This document shows, piece after piece, positions 1 through 10,156 of a DNA stretch of 32,000 bases. The notes under the pieces are model-generated. The model was not told the DNA's origin. It ran no database searches and saw only the letters and a list, made by a program, of their open reading frames with translations. A program made the position numbers and the translations under genes. Where the stretch lies: the NCBI RefSeq assembly GCF_001465295.1, contig NZ_CP011034.1:1860001-1892000 (forward strand). Direction: 5' to 3'. This stretch comes from Pseudoalteromonas translucida KMM 520. Lineage in GTDB: Bacteria; Pseudomonadota; Gammaproteobacteria; Enterobacterales; Alteromonadaceae. Position 1 is the first letter of the stretch; every line of letters begins with the position of its first letter.

Positions 1-1
1 C

Positions 2-901
2 TTACACAATGTGCATTTATTAGCGAACGACAAACTGCCTGTAGTACGCTTTAACGATGAGTCGTATCAGCTTGAAACGAATAAACAAATGTTGTTTTTT
101 TATAACCCTCGCTACCACGAAGCACATAAAGCGTACTACACTGAAAATATAGCCAGTAAAAAAATCAGGCTGTTATTTTTAGCAACCGGTGACGATCTGC
201 GTGCAAACTCAGCACTGTTTCATAGCAAAGTACAAAAGGTATTAAATAATTTACAACAGCAGTTATTTTTAGAACAACCACTGTTTAAACTGCGCGATCA
301 TCAACATTTAACCTATGACTTATTTGCTAAAGATAAAGGCAATAAACAAACCTACGGTTATAAACTACGTAGCCTCTACCCTCGCTACCAGTCAAGGCAG
401 TGTAATATTCCCAGTGAGCATGCCCAAATGAGTTATGCAACATTTACTATTCCAGTGTCACGAGCGATTAAAACGCAATTTCAAACACAAATAAACAATC
501 GTGATTTTAAGCAATTTTATACATACTTTGCCGATTTATTTACGCAAATTTGTAATACCAATAAGTTAACCCACGGGGCTATGGTGGCTAATGGCGCTAT
601 ACCTATTATTCGTAATAGCAGCGTTGATAAAAATGACGGTAATCAAGAATTACAAAAGTTAAGCTTTGATATAGAGACTGATCAAGTTCAAATTAAAGCG
701 CTATTTGATGAAGATAAATTAGTAGAAACCCTGCATTTTGTGGTGGTAGCTGCGCAGCATAATAATAATGAAATGGGTTATGGACGTTTTATGAATCAAG
801 TAGAGAAAACGATTCATACTTTGTGCGATGAGTTAGCTATAAATAAACAACGCCAAGATTTATCAGTGCGGTTTTATCAACATATAAGCTATCTATACTA
901 A
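2..901 (+). CDS. Hypothetical protein, 3' part of a gene that probably runs off the left edge
   Basis: Frame +2 is open from nt 2; there is no stop upstream of the GTG at 11 used by the ORF track. It ends at TAA 899-901 and is followed about 30 nt later by a strong hairpin terminator. The product is Asn/Gln/Lys/Phe/Tyr-rich with no TM segment and no motif I can assign to a family. Confidence 0.55.
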   Translation, partial: LHNVHLLANDKLPVVRFNDESYQLETNKQMLFFYNPRYHEAHKAYYTENIASKKIRLLFLATGDDLRANSALFHSKVQKVLNNLQQQLFLEQPLFKLRDHQHLTYDLFAKDKGNKQTYGYKLRSLYPRYQSRQCNIPSEHAQMSYATFTIPVSRAIKTQFQTQINNRDFKQFYTYFADLFTQICNTNKLTHGAMVANGAIPIIRNSSVDKNDGNQELQKLSFDIETDQVQIKALFDEDKLVETLHFVVVAAQHNNNEMGYGRFMNQVEKTIHTLCDELAINKQRQDLSVRFYQHISYLY

Positions 902-932
902 GTGTAAAAGTAAAAATAAAAGTGCAGATAAC

Positions 933-961
933 AAAAAGGCTCGCAATAGCGAGCCTTTTTT
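933..961. terminator. Bidirectional rho-independent terminator shared by the left-edge ORF and sucD
   Basis: aaaaAGGCTCGC-aata-GCGAGCCTttttt: an 8-bp GC-rich stem (937-944 / 949-956) flanked by an A-run on one side and a T-run on the other. It lies between convergent stops at 901 and 977. Confidence 0.85.
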
Positions 962-976
962 AGAGTAAAAAAGCGA

Positions 977-1849
977 TTACCAGCCTGTTTTCTCTTTAAG
1001 TGCTTTACCGATATCAGCAAGTGAACGTACAGTTTTTACGCCCGCAGCTTCTAATGCAGCAAATTTCTCATCAGCAGTACCTTTACCACCGGCAATGATT
1101 GCGCCAGCGTGACCCATACGCTTACCTTCTGGTGCAGTAACACCAGCAATGTAAGATACTACAGGTTTAGTAACGTGTGCTTTGATGTACTCTGCAGCTT
1201 CTTCTTCTGCAGTACCACCAATTTCACCGATCATTACGATCGCTTCAGTTTGTGGATCTTTTTCGAACATTTCTAAAACGTCGATAAAGTTAGTACCTGG
1301 AATTGGGTCGCCACCAATACCAACACATGTAGACTGACCAAAACCAGCATCAGTAGTTTGCTTAACTGCTTCGTACGTTAATGTACCAGAGCGAGAAACA
1401 ATACCTACTTTACCAGGTTTGTGGATATGGCCAGGCATAATACCAATCTTAGTCTCACCAGGAGTAATAACACCTGGGCAGTTAGGACCGATCATACGTG
1501 TACCTGTTTGATCTAGTTTGATTTTAACATCAACCATATCAAGTGTAGGAATACCTTCAGTGATACAAACAATTAGCTCGATGCCAGCATCGATTGCTTC
1601 TAAGATTGCATCTTTACAAAAAGGTGCCGGTACATAGATAACAGACGCAGTTGCGCCAGTTTCTTGTACTGCTTCACGTACTGTATTGAATACAGGAAGA
1701 CCAAGGTGCGTTTGACCGCCTTTACCTGGGCTTACGCCACCAACCATTTGTGTACCGTACTCAAGCGCTTGCTCTGAGTGGAAAGTACCTTGGCCACCGG
1801 TGAAACCTTGACAGATAACTTTTGTATCTTTATTGATTAATACAGACAT
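977..1849 (-). CDS. sucD: Succinyl-CoA synthetase alpha subunit
   Basis: 290 aa with full-length resemblance to SucD ([28 protein letters not shown]..., phosphohistidine region GHAGAII). The start ATG shares one nt with the sucC TAA (TAATG), as in E. coli. Confidence 0.97.
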   Translation of the reverse strand: MSVLINKDTKVICQGFTGGQGTFHSEQALEYGTQMVGGVSPGKGGQTHLGLPVFNTVREAVQETGATASVIYVPAPFCKDAILEAIDAGIELIVCITEGIPTLDMVDVKIKLDQTGTRMIGPNCPGVITPGETKIGIMPGHIHKPGKVGIVSRSGTLTYEAVKQTTDAGFGQSTCVGIGGDPIPGTNFIDVLEMFEKDPQTEAIVMIGEIGGTAEEEAAEYIKAHVTKPVVSYIAGVTAPEGKRMGHAGAIIAGGKGTADEKFAALEAAGVKTVRSLADIGKALKEKTGW

Positions 1850-3015
1850 TATTTGCCCTCCGCAGCAGCAACTACTTTTTCAGCAGCGTCTGTTAGTGAT
1901 TCAGCAGCGATGATGTCTAGACCAGAGTTTTTAAGAACTTCACGGCCTAGTTCAGCGTTAGTACCTTCTAAACGTACAACTACTGGTACGTTTACGCCTA
2001 CTTCTTTAACTGCGCCAATGATGCCTTCAGCAATCATGTCACAACGTACGATGCCGCCAAAGATGTTAACTAAAACAGCTTTAACATTATCATCAGAAAG
2101 AATGATTTTGAATGCTTCAGAAACACGTTCTTTAGTCGCGCCGCCGCCAACATCTAGGAAGTTAGCAGGTTTGCCACCGTGTAGGTTTACGATGTCCATA
2201 GTACCCATTGCTAGGCCTGCACCGTTAACCATACAACCAACGTTGCCATCTAGCGCTACGTAGTTAAGCTCAAAGCTTGCTGCATGTGCTTCACGTGAAT
2301 CTTCTTGTGAAGGATCGTGAAATTCACGGATTTTAGGTTGACGGTAAAGTGCATTACCATCGATACCGATTTTGCCGTCAAGACAGTGAAGATTACCTTC
2401 GTCTGTGATCACAAGCGGGTTGATTTCAAGCAATGCGAAATCAAAATCAGTGAACATTTTACCAAGACCCATAAAGATCTTAACAAACTGTTTCATTTGT
2501 ACTGGGTTAAGACCCAATTTGAAACCAAGTTCACGTGCTTGATAAGCTTGAGGACCTACTAATGGGTCGATCTCAGCTTTATGGATAAGCTCAGGTGTTT
2601 CTTCAGCAACAGTTTCAATTTCAACGCCGCCTTCAGTAGACGCCATGAAAACAACTTTGCGAGATGCACGGTCAACAACTGCACCTAAGTACAATTCGTT
2701 GGCGATGTCAGTACAGCTTTCTACTAAAATTTTAGCAACTGGCTGGCCTTTCTCGTCTGTTTGGTAAGTAACTAGGTTTTTACCTAACCAGTTAGCTGCA
2801 AACGCTTTAACTTCGTCGATAGTTTTTACTAGCTTTACACCGCCAGCTTTACCACGTCCACCTGCGTGAACCTGAGTTTTAACAACCCACATATCGCCGC
2901 CAATTTTTTCAGCAGCAGCTGCAGCTTCTTCAGGTGTATCGCAAGCGTAACCTGTAGAAACTGGTAAACCATATTCGGCAAAAAGTTGTTTTGCCTGATA
3001 CTCATGCAAATTCAT
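1849..3015 (-). CDS. sucC: Succinyl-CoA synthetase beta subunit
   Basis: 388 aa, [19 protein letters not shown]... ATP-grasp N-terminus typical of SucC. Located directly upstream of sucD. Confidence 0.97.
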   Translation of the reverse strand: MNLHEYQAKQLFAEYGLPVSTGYACDTPEEAAAAAEKIGGDMWVVKTQVHAGGRGKAGGVKLVKTIDEVKAFAANWLGKNLVTYQTDEKGQPVAKILVESCTDIANELYLGAVVDRASRKVVFMASTEGGVEIETVAEETPELIHKAEIDPLVGPQAYQARELGFKLGLNPVQMKQFVKIFMGLGKMFTDFDFALLEINPLVITDEGNLHCLDGKIGIDGNALYRQPKIREFHDPSQEDSREAHAASFELNYVALDGNVGCMVNGAGLAMGTMDIVNLHGGKPANFLDVGGGATKERVSEAFKIILSDDNVKAVLVNIFGGIVRCDMIAEGIIGAVKEVGVNVPVVVRLEGTNAELGREVLKNSGLDIIAAESLTDAAEKVVAAAEGK

Positions 3016-3091
3016 GATGCTTTATCCAAATTTTTATACTAAAAGAGCCGAATATTTTTTCAAATAAACAACTATCCCAAATTGCGACCAT

Positions 3092-3120
3092 AGTATAGAT
3101 CCCAAGGCTTAACATGAAAA
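3092..3120 (-). promoter_or_regulatory. Candidate internal promoter for sucCD (TTTTCA-N17-TATACT on the minus strand)
   Basis: Hexamers read by eye: -35 at 3120..3115 and -10 at 3097..3092, downstream of the sucB terminator and about 75 nt upstream of the sucC ATG. This is a sequence match only. Confidence 0.25.
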
Positions 3121-3141
3121 CCCCAGTATGACCAAAGGCGC

Positions 3142-3173
3142 AAAAAAAAAGCTGTGAATGTTCATTCACAGCT
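3142..3173 (-). terminator. Rho-independent terminator or attenuator between sucB and sucC
   Basis: Minus strand reads AGCTGTGAAT-gaac-ATTCACAGCT followed by nine T (A-run 3142-3150 on the plus strand). The perfect 10-bp stem begins 19 nt after the sucB TAA. Confidence 0.8.
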
Positions 3174-3192
3174 TACATTTCATACAACTAAA

Positions 3193-4746
3193 TTAAACAT
3201 CCAGTAATAAGCGTGTTGGATCTTCAAGTAACTCTTTAATTGTTACTAAGAAGCCAACAGATTCTTTGCCATCAATGATGCGATGGTCATAAGAAAGTGC
3301 TAAATACATCATAGGAAGTATTTCTACTTTACCGTTTACAGCCATTGGACGATCTTGGATTTTATGCATACCCAAAATTGAAGACTGCGGTAAATTAATA
3401 ATAGGAGTAGATAGTAAAGAACCAAATACACCGCCATTTGTAATAGTGAAGTTACCACCCGTCATATCATCAAGTGTTAGCTTACCATCACGACCTTTTA
3501 GTGCTAGTTCACGAATACCTTTTTCGATTTCTGCAACTGATAACTTGTCACAATCTTTAAGTACTGGCGTTACTAGACCACGAGGTGTAGATACAGCGAT
3601 GCTGATGTCGAAGTAGTTGTGATAAACAATATCGTCACCATCAATTGATGCATTTACATCTGGGAAGCGTTTAAGTGCTTCAGTTACCGCTTTCACGTAA
3701 AAAGACATGAAACCTAGACGAATACCGTGGCGCTTTTCAAACACTTCTTGATACTGCTTACGAAGGCTCATGATAGGTTCCATGTTCACTTCGTTGAATG
3801 TTGTTAACATTGCAGTTGAGTTTTTCGCTTCAAGTAAGCGCTTAGCAATTGTTTTACGTAAACGCGTCATAGGAACACGTTTTTGTGTACGATCGCCCAT
3901 TGCTACTGCAGGTGCCGCCGCTGGTGCTGCTTTTGCCGCTGGTGCAGGTGCTTTTAAGAAAGTATCTACGTCTTCTTTAGTTACACGACCGTTTTTACCC
4001 GTGCCTTTAATTTTTGCAGCATCTAGGCCTTTTTCAGCAATTAAACGACGTACTGAAGGTGTTAACACATCAGAGCTGTCGTTTGACTCAGTTGCTGCTG
4101 GTGCAGCTGCGTCTGCTTTTTTAGCTGGTGCTGCTGGAGCGCCGCCCGCTTTAACCGAACCAATTACTTGCTCGCCTAATACAGTGTCGCCTTCGCCGTG
4201 GATTATTTCACCCATGATACCGTCTTCTTGAGCAACAACCTCAAGTACCACTTTATCAGTTTCAATATCTACTAAGTTTTGATCGCGAGTTACTGCGTCG
4301 CCTGCTTGTACATGCCATGTAGCAATTGTTGCGTCTGCAACTGATTCTGGAAGTACAGGAACTTTAATATCCACTTCTTTACCTTCTGATGCTGGTGCTG
4401 ATTGCGCCGCTGGCGCGTCTTCTGATTTAGTTGCTGCAGATTCTTCTGTTGAAGAGTCTTCTTTTGAAGAGTCTTCTTTTGGTGCATCTTCACTTGCTGG
4501 TGCTGCATCAGCATCGCCAAGTAAACCGATAACTTGATCGCCAAGTACCGTAGCGCCCTCTTCTTGTGTAATTTCAGTAATCACACCGTCATGTTGCGCA
4601 ACAACTTCTAAAACCACTTTATCTGTTTCAATGTCTACTAAGTTTTGGTCGCGAGTTACTTTGTCGCCAACACTTACATGCCATGTAGCAACGGTAGCAT
4701 CTGCAACCGACTCAGGAAGAACAGGAACTTTAATTTCTGTGCTCAT
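3193..4746 (-). CDS. sucB: Dihydrolipoyllysine-residue succinyltransferase (2-oxoglutarate dehydrogenase E2) with two N-terminal lipoyl domains
   Basis: 517 aa. Contains two copies of the lipoyl domain, each with DIETDKVV; Ala/Pro-rich linkers; a peripheral-subunit-binding domain ([33 protein letters not shown]); and a catalytic core with SYDHRIIDG. The start lies 3 nt after the sucA stop. Confidence 0.96.
   Translation of the reverse strand: MSTEIKVPVLPESVADATVATWHVSVGDKVTRDQNLVDIETDKVVLEVVAQHDGVITEITQEEGATVLGDQVIGLLGDADAAPASEDAPKEDSSKEDSSTEESAATKSEDAPAAQSAPASEGKEVDIKVPVLPESVADATIATWHVQAGDAVTRDQNLVDIETDKVVLEVVAQEDGIMGEIIHGEGDTVLGEQVIGSVKAGGAPAAPAKKADAAAPAATESNDSSDVLTPSVRRLIAEKGLDAAKIKGTGKNGRVTKEDVDTFLKAPAPAAKAAPAAAPAVAMGDRTQKRVPMTRLRKTIAKRLLEAKNSTAMLTTFNEVNMEPIMSLRKQYQEVFEKRHGIRLGFMSFYVKAVTEALKRFPDVNASIDGDDIVYHNYFDISIAVSTPRGLVTPVLKDCDKLSVAEIEKGIRELALKGRDGKLTLDDMTGGNFTITNGGVFGSLLSTPIINLPQSSILGMHKIQDRPMAVNGKVEILPMMYLALSYDHRIIDGKESVGFLVTIKELLEDPTRLLLDV
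4150..4746 (-). repeat. Tandem duplication (period 366 bp) encoding the two SucB lipoyl domains
   Basis: Copy 1 is 4516-4746 (aa 1-77) and copy 2 is 4150-4380 (aa 123-199). About 57 of 71 aligned residues are identical by hand count, with long identical nucleotide runs (e.g. ...ctactaagttttg.tcgcgagttact... and ...catgccatgtagcaa...). Confidence 0.9.
4451..4480 (-). repeat. Perfect 15-bp x2 tandem repeat in the SucB inter-domain linker (encodes [10 protein letters not shown])
   Basis: gaagagtcttctttt occurs at 4451-4465 and again at 4466-4480. The repeat is in frame. Confidence 0.95.
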
Positions 4747-4749
4747 TGC

Positions 4750-7569
4750 TTATCCTTTATTTTCGATAGTAAGCGCGTCGGCAACGAGCGCTTGTTGTTC
4801 TTTAGTATGTACTGACATATAACCACATGCTGGTGATGCTGAAGCCTTACGACCCGCATACGTTAATTTAGCGTCTTGTGGAATAGCATCTTTAAAGTGA
4901 TGCTGTGAACAATACCATGCACCTTGGTTTTGCGGCTCTTCTTGACACCATACAAAATCAGTTACGTGCTGGTAGCGCTCTATAATAGTTTTCATTTCGT
5001 CGTGTGGGAACGGGTAAAGCTGCTCTACACGTACGATGGCAATATTATCTTGTTCAAGCTTGCGGCGCTCTTGTAATAGTTCGTAGTAAACTTTACCACT
5101 ACAAAAAACAACACGTTCTACTTTTTCAGGGTTAATATCATCAATTTCGTCAATCACATTATGAAAAACACCTGCAGAAAGTTCTTCTAGCGAAGACACT
5201 GCTAACGGATGGCGTAGTAATGACTTAGGCGTCATAACAATCAGTGGACGACGCAGTGGTCTAACTGATTGACGACGAAGCATGGCATATACTTGCGCTG
5301 GTGTTGAAGGTACACATACTTGCATATTGTGATCAGCACATAGTTGTAAAAAGCGCTCTAAGCGTGCAGAACTATGCTCTGGACCTTGGCCTTCGTAACC
5401 ATGTGGTAATAAAATAGTAAGGCCGCATAAACGCCCCCACTTTTGCTCACCCGAGCTTAAAAACTGATCAAATACAACTTGTGCGCCGTTTGCAAAGTCA
5501 CCAAACTGTGCTTCCCAGATAATTAATGACGTTGGCTCTGCTGTTGCGTAACCATATTCAAAAGCAACAACCGCTTCTTCAGAAAGAACCGAATCGAATA
5601 CTTGGAAAGTACCTTGATCTTTACCAACATGCTCAAGTGGAGTGTAAGTCGCACCATCGGCTTGACTATGTACTACTGCATGGCGATGGAAGAAAGTACC
5701 ACGACCAGAATCTTGTCCAGTAAAACGAATATCTGTGCCTTCTGCTGCAATAGTTGCATAAGCTAGTGTTTCTGCCATGCCCCAATCAAGCGGCTTTTCG
5801 CCAGATGCCATTAGCTTACGATCGTCGTAAATTTTCTTCACGCGCGATTGCGCTTTATGGGTCTCTGGGTAGCTAGAAACTATCTTGCCAAGCTCTTTTA
5901 GTTTTTCAACCGAGACACTTGCATCGTAATCAACGCTCCATTCATGGCCAACATACTTTGCCCAATCTGATGAATGTGATGTTTCTGGTTGTATTTCATC
6001 AACCACACAATTACCTTCGTCTAAACCATTACGGTAATCGTCAGCAAGTGCTTTAACCTCATCTTCAGTGAATGAGCCTTCGGCAATTAATTGATCAGCG
6101 TAAATTAAACGTGGAACTGGATGCTTTTTAATTTTTTGATACATAATAGGCTGAGTAGCATTAGGCTCATCAGCTTCGTTATGACCATGACGACGGTAAC
6201 AAACAAGATCAATTACTACGTCACGCTTAAATTGGTTTCTGAAATCAAGTGCCAGTTGAGTAACAAATGCTACTGCTTCTGGATCGTCAGAATTAACATG
6301 AAATATTGGCGACTGCACCATTTTTGCAATATCAGTACAGTATGGAGTAGATCGTACATCGTCTTGTTTAGACGTTGTAAAACCAACTTGGTTATTTACT
6401 ACTATACGAATACTACCGCCACAGCTAAAGGCGTTTGTTTGTGACATGTTAAATGTTTCTTGTACAACACCTTGACCTGCAATTGCTGAGTCGCCATGAA
6501 TAGTAATTGGCAGTGCTTTAATACCTGAACTGTCACCTAAACGGTCTAAACGAGCACGTACTGAGCCCATAACTACTGGGTTTACAATTTCAAGATGCGA
6601 TGGGTTAAACGCAAGTGCCATGTGCACATTGCCACCTTTAGTAGCAAAATCAGATGAGTAACCCATGTGGTATTTAACATCACCCGAGCTTAACGTTTCT
6701 TTGTGTTTACCGGCAAACTCATCAAATAACTCTGATGGATTTTTACCAAGTACGTTCACAAGTACGTTTAAACGGCCGCGGTGAGCCATACCAATAACAG
6801 CTTCTTTTTGGCCACTTTCACCGGCGCGGTGAATCAGCTCTTTAAGCATAGGTACTAACGCATCGCCACCTTCAAGTGAGAAGCGCTTAGCACCTGGGAA
6901 CTTAGCCCCTAAATATTTTTCAAGACCATCGGCTGCGGTTAATCCTTTAAGGATACGTAGCTTTTCGTCTTTATTGAATTTTGGCCTAGACTGAACAGAC
7001 TCTAAACGCTGTTGTAACCAACGTTTTTCTTCTGTTGATGTGATGTGCATATACTCTGCGCCAATAGAACCACAATACGTAGTTTTTAGTGCTTGGTATA
7101 ACTCACCTAGAGGCATAGTATCGCGCCCTACAGCAAACGATCCTACATTAAATTCGCGGTCAAAGTCAGCATTGGATAGGTCGTGGTAATCTAGCTCTAA
7201 ATCTCGTACGCGCTCTCGCTGCCAAATACCTAACGGATCTAAGTTAGCATTTTGGTGTCCACGAAAACGGAAAGCATTAATAAGTTGCAATACTTTAACC
7301 TGTTTAAGGTCACCGCCACTGCCCTCTGCTACCACTACTTCTCTATGCTTGTTTTTAGCAAGCGCCGCAAACTGTGCTCGAACTTCTGAATGTTTTACTT
7401 CAACATCCACACCATCAACTTTAGGTAATTGTTCAAACACTTCTCGCCATTCTTCTGGCACCGAAGTCGCATCGTCTAAATACGCTTCATAAAGCTCTTC
7501 AATATAAGCAACGTTACCGCCGTTTAAATGTGAAGATTCTAGCCATGCCTTCATCACACCTTCGTGCAT
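4750..7569 (-). CDS. sucA: 2-oxoglutarate dehydrogenase E1 component
   Basis: 939 aa. The N-terminus MHEGVMKAWLESSHLNGGNVAYIEELYE parallels E. coli SucA, and the product has full-length E1o character. An AAGGG SD lies upstream. Confidence 0.97.
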   Translation of the reverse strand: MHEGVMKAWLESSHLNGGNVAYIEELYEAYLDDATSVPEEWREVFEQLPKVDGVDVEVKHSEVRAQFAALAKNKHREVVVAEGSGGDLKQVKVLQLINAFRFRGHQNANLDPLGIWQRERVRDLELDYHDLSNADFDREFNVGSFAVGRDTMPLGELYQALKTTYCGSIGAEYMHITSTEEKRWLQQRLESVQSRPKFNKDEKLRILKGLTAADGLEKYLGAKFPGAKRFSLEGGDALVPMLKELIHRAGESGQKEAVIGMAHRGRLNVLVNVLGKNPSELFDEFAGKHKETLSSGDVKYHMGYSSDFATKGGNVHMALAFNPSHLEIVNPVVMGSVRARLDRLGDSSGIKALPITIHGDSAIAGQGVVQETFNMSQTNAFSCGGSIRIVVNNQVGFTTSKQDDVRSTPYCTDIAKMVQSPIFHVNSDDPEAVAFVTQLALDFRNQFKRDVVIDLVCYRRHGHNEADEPNATQPIMYQKIKKHPVPRLIYADQLIAEGSFTEDEVKALADDYRNGLDEGNCVVDEIQPETSHSSDWAKYVGHEWSVDYDASVSVEKLKELGKIVSSYPETHKAQSRVKKIYDDRKLMASGEKPLDWGMAETLAYATIAAEGTDIRFTGQDSGRGTFFHRHAVVHSQADGATYTPLEHVGKDQGTFQVFDSVLSEEAVVAFEYGYATAEPTSLIIWEAQFGDFANGAQVVFDQFLSSGEQKWGRLCGLTILLPHGYEGQGPEHSSARLERFLQLCADHNMQVCVPSTPAQVYAMLRRQSVRPLRRPLIVMTPKSLLRHPLAVSSLEELSAGVFHNVIDEIDDINPEKVERVVFCSGKVYYELLQERRKLEQDNIAIVRVEQLYPFPHDEMKTIIERYQHVTDFVWCQEEPQNQGAWYCSQHHFKDAIPQDAKLTYAGRKASASPACGYMSVHTKEQQALVADALTIENKG

Positions 7570-7614
7570 TTATAAGCCCTTTTCTTTAGCGCAGAAATTA
7601 ATAGTTATGATAAC

Positions 7615-7641
7615 AGGATGACTAATTAGATTAGCCATCCT
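7615..7641 (-). other. Hairpin in the sdhB-sucA spacer (no U-tract)
   Basis: AGGATGaCTAAT-tag-ATTAGcCATCCT: a 12-bp stem with one A/C mismatch, 15 nt downstream of the sdhB stop. It is not followed by a T-run on the minus strand, so it may be an RNA processing or stability element or a weak pause site rather than a terminator. Confidence 0.35.
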
Positions 7642-7656
7642 ACATTTACTAAGTAA

Positions 7657-8373
7657 TTAAACCGCTCGGTTTAATAACATAGATTTTATTTGTCCAATTG
7701 CTTTGGTCGGATTAAGACCCTTAGGACAAACGCTAACACAGTTCATTATACTGTGGCAACGGAACACACTGAAAGCATCGTCTAAGTCAGCTAAACGTTC
7801 TTCAGTTGCTGTATCTCGGCTATCAGCCAAGAAACGGTAAGCATGAAGAAGGCCTGCTGGACCAATGAACTTGTCTGGATTCCACCAGAACGAAGGACAC
7901 GATGTTGAACAACATGCACATAAAATACACTCATAAAGCCCATCTAACTTATCACGTTCTTCGATTGTTTGAAGACGCTCGCCAGCTGCTGGCGTGTCAT
8001 TAATTAGATATGGTTTAACTTTTTCGTATTGAGTGTAGAACTGACTCATGTCAATAACAAGGTCACGAACCACAGGTAAGCCTGGTAATGGACGCACTAC
8101 TATTTTACCTTTGCCACCTTTTTGCAGCGTAGATAAAGGAGTGATACATGCCAAACCATTTTTACCATTCATGTTAACACCATCAGATCCACACACGCCT
8201 TCACGGCATGAACGACGGAAAGATAATGTTGGATCTTGTTCTTTTAAAAGAATAAGTGCATCCAAAACCATCATGTCGTGACCTTCCTCTGTTTGCAAGG
8301 TGTATTCTTGCATACGAGGTGCGTTGTCAACATCGGGATTATAACGATAAACTGAAAATTGTACTTGTGCCAT
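7657..8373 (-). CDS. sdhB: Succinate dehydrogenase iron-sulfur subunit
   Basis: 238 aa with three Cys clusters (CREGVCGSDG, CILCACCSTSCP, CHSIMNCVSVCP). An AGGAG SD overlaps the sdhA stop. Confidence 0.97.
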   Translation of the reverse strand: MAQVQFSVYRYNPDVDNAPRMQEYTLQTEEGHDMMVLDALILLKEQDPTLSFRRSCREGVCGSDGVNMNGKNGLACITPLSTLQKGGKGKIVVRPLPGLPVVRDLVIDMSQFYTQYEKVKPYLINDTPAAGERLQTIEERDKLDGLYECILCACCSTSCPSFWWNPDKFIGPAGLLHAYRFLADSRDTATEERLADLDDAFSVFRCHSIMNCVSVCPKGLNPTKAIGQIKSMLLNRAV

Positions 8374-8383
8374 CGTCTATCTC

Positions 8384-10156
8384 CTAGTACACACGTGCTT
8401 TAGGTGGGAAAGCTTCACGCGACTTAGGCGCGTAGTTTACGTCACGCTTGCTCATTTCATCCGTTAACGGATTAAATACTGAGTGACATAACCAGTTTTC
8501 GTCATCACGATCTGGGAAGTCAAAGCGAGAGTGTGCACCACGGCTTTCGGTACGGAAGTTTGCAGCTACTGCAGTTGAGTAAGCTGTTTCCATTAAGTTA
8601 TCTAGTTCAAGACATTCAATACGCTGCGTGTTGAAGTCTGATGATTTATCATCAAGACGTGCATGTTGCAGACGTTCACGAATTTCTTTAAGTTCTTGCA
8701 GACCAGCAGCCATTGAGTCACCTTCACGAAATACCGAGAAGTTAAGTTGCATACATTGCTGTAAGTCTTTTTTGATTTGAACTGGATCTTCACCTTGGCC
8801 AGCCGTTGAATTTTCCCAACGATTGTAACGTGCAAGTGATGTTTCTAAATCAGACTCTGATGCCGCTTTAGAAATTTCAACATCATTTAGGTATTTACCT
8901 AAGAAGTTACCGGCCGCACGACCAAATACTACTAAATCAAGTAATGAGTTACCACCTAAGCGGTTAGCACCGTGTACAGATACACAGGCAATCTCACCTA
9001 CAGCAAACAAACCTTCAACGATTGTTTCTTTGCCGTTTGCGTCGATTTGTAGCGCTTGACCATTTACGTTGGTTGGCACGCCACCCATCATGTAATGACA
9101 TGTAGGAATTACTGGAATTGGCTCTTTTGCAGGGTCAACGTGAGCAAATGTTTTAGCAAGGTCACATACACCAGGAAGACGCAGATTTAGTGTTTCTGCA
9201 CCTAAGTGATCTAGTTTTAGCTTAAGGTGAGGACCCCAAGGACCATCACAACCACGACCTTCACGGATCTCAGTCATCATTGAACGTGCAACCACATCGC
9301 GAGACGCTAAGTCTTTTGCGTTTGGTGCATAACGTTCCATGAAGCGCTCGCCATCTTTATTTAAAAGATAACCACCTTCGCCACGACAACCTTCAGTTAC
9401 TAGCGTACCCGCGCCAGCAATACCCGTTGGGTGGAACTGCCACATTTCCATGTCTTGCATAGAAATACCAGCACGTGTTGCCATACCAACGCCGTCACCG
9501 GTGTTGATGTGCGCATTAGTAGTTGATGCGAAAATACGACCCGCACCACCTGTTGCTAATACTACTGCTTTAGATTTGAAATAAGTGATTTCACCTGTTT
9601 CAATTTCAATTGCAGTACAACCTACAACATCACCATTATCGTTTTTAACTAAATCAAGTGCATACCACTCTGAGAATACATTTGTTTTGTTTTTAACATT
9701 TTGTTGATAAAGAAGGTGTAATAGTGCGTGACCAGTACGATCGGCAGCTGCCGCAGTACGTGCAGCTTGTTCACCACCAAAGTTTTTCGATTGACCACCG
9801 AAAGGACGTTGGTAAACACGGCCATTTTCAAAGCGAGAAAATGGGAGACCCATGTTTTCTAATTCAGTAATAGCTTCTGGGCCTGTTTGACACATATATT
9901 CAATAGCGTCTTGGTCACCGATAAAATCGGAGCCCTTAACGGTATCGTACATATGCCATTCCCAGTTATCTTCGTGCGAGTTACCAAGCGCTACTGTAAT
10001 ACCACCCTGTGCTGATACAGTGTGTGAGCGAGTTGGAAATACTTTAGAGATTAAAGCACACGTTTTGCCAGATTCAGTAATAGCTAAAGCAGCGCGCATA
10101 CCTGCACCACCGGCACCGATTACTACGGCGTCAAATTCACGAACAGAATATTTCAC
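8384..10156 (-). CDS. sdhA: Succinate dehydrogenase flavoprotein subunit
   Basis: 590 aa with the FAD fold [10 protein letters not shown] and the covalent-FAD His region [10 protein letters not shown]. The GTG start abuts the sdhD TAA. Confidence 0.97.
   Translation of the reverse strand: MKYSVREFDAVVIGAGGAGMRAALAITESGKTCALISKVFPTRSHTVSAQGGITVALGNSHEDNWEWHMYDTVKGSDFIGDQDAIEYMCQTGPEAITELENMGLPFSRFENGRVYQRPFGGQSKNFGGEQAARTAAAADRTGHALLHLLYQQNVKNKTNVFSEWYALDLVKNDNGDVVGCTAIEIETGEITYFKSKAVVLATGGAGRIFASTTNAHINTGDGVGMATRAGISMQDMEMWQFHPTGIAGAGTLVTEGCRGEGGYLLNKDGERFMERYAPNAKDLASRDVVARSMMTEIREGRGCDGPWGPHLKLKLDHLGAETLNLRLPGVCDLAKTFAHVDPAKEPIPVIPTCHYMMGGVPTNVNGQALQIDANGKETIVEGLFAVGEIACVSVHGANRLGGNSLLDLVVFGRAAGNFLGKYLNDVEISKAASESDLETSLARYNRWENSTAGQGEDPVQIKKDLQQCMQLNFSVFREGDSMAAGLQELKEIRERLQHARLDDKSSDFNTQRIECLELDNLMETAYSTAVAANFRTESRGAHSRFDFPDRDDENWLCHSVFNPLTDEMSKRDVNYAPKSREAFPPKARVY

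Noticed and set aside
931-976. Possible SdhX-like sRNA processed from the sucD 3' UTR, as in enterobacteria.
   Set aside because: The 3' UTR here is only about 45 nt and consists almost entirely of the terminator. I cannot identify a conserved seed or target by eye. The idea is possible but unsupported.
1853-2263. 136-aa plus-strand ORF antisense to sucC. The same pattern applies to 2317-2562, 3770-4231, 4631-4822, 5526-5723, 6121-6444 and 8048-8281.
   Set aside because: These are shadow ORFs lying entirely inside strongly supported minus-strand TCA genes. They are Ala/Ser/Pro/Thr-rich or low-complexity translations typical of the antisense frame, with no SD and no independent signals.
4290-4544. 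84-aa same-strand, alternative-frame ORF inside the sucB linker (Gln/Lys-rich).
   Set aside because: It is a frame-shifted reading of the repetitive Ala/Pro/Glu/Ser linker DNA. It is low complexity, has no RBS, and the sucB frame is clearly the real one.
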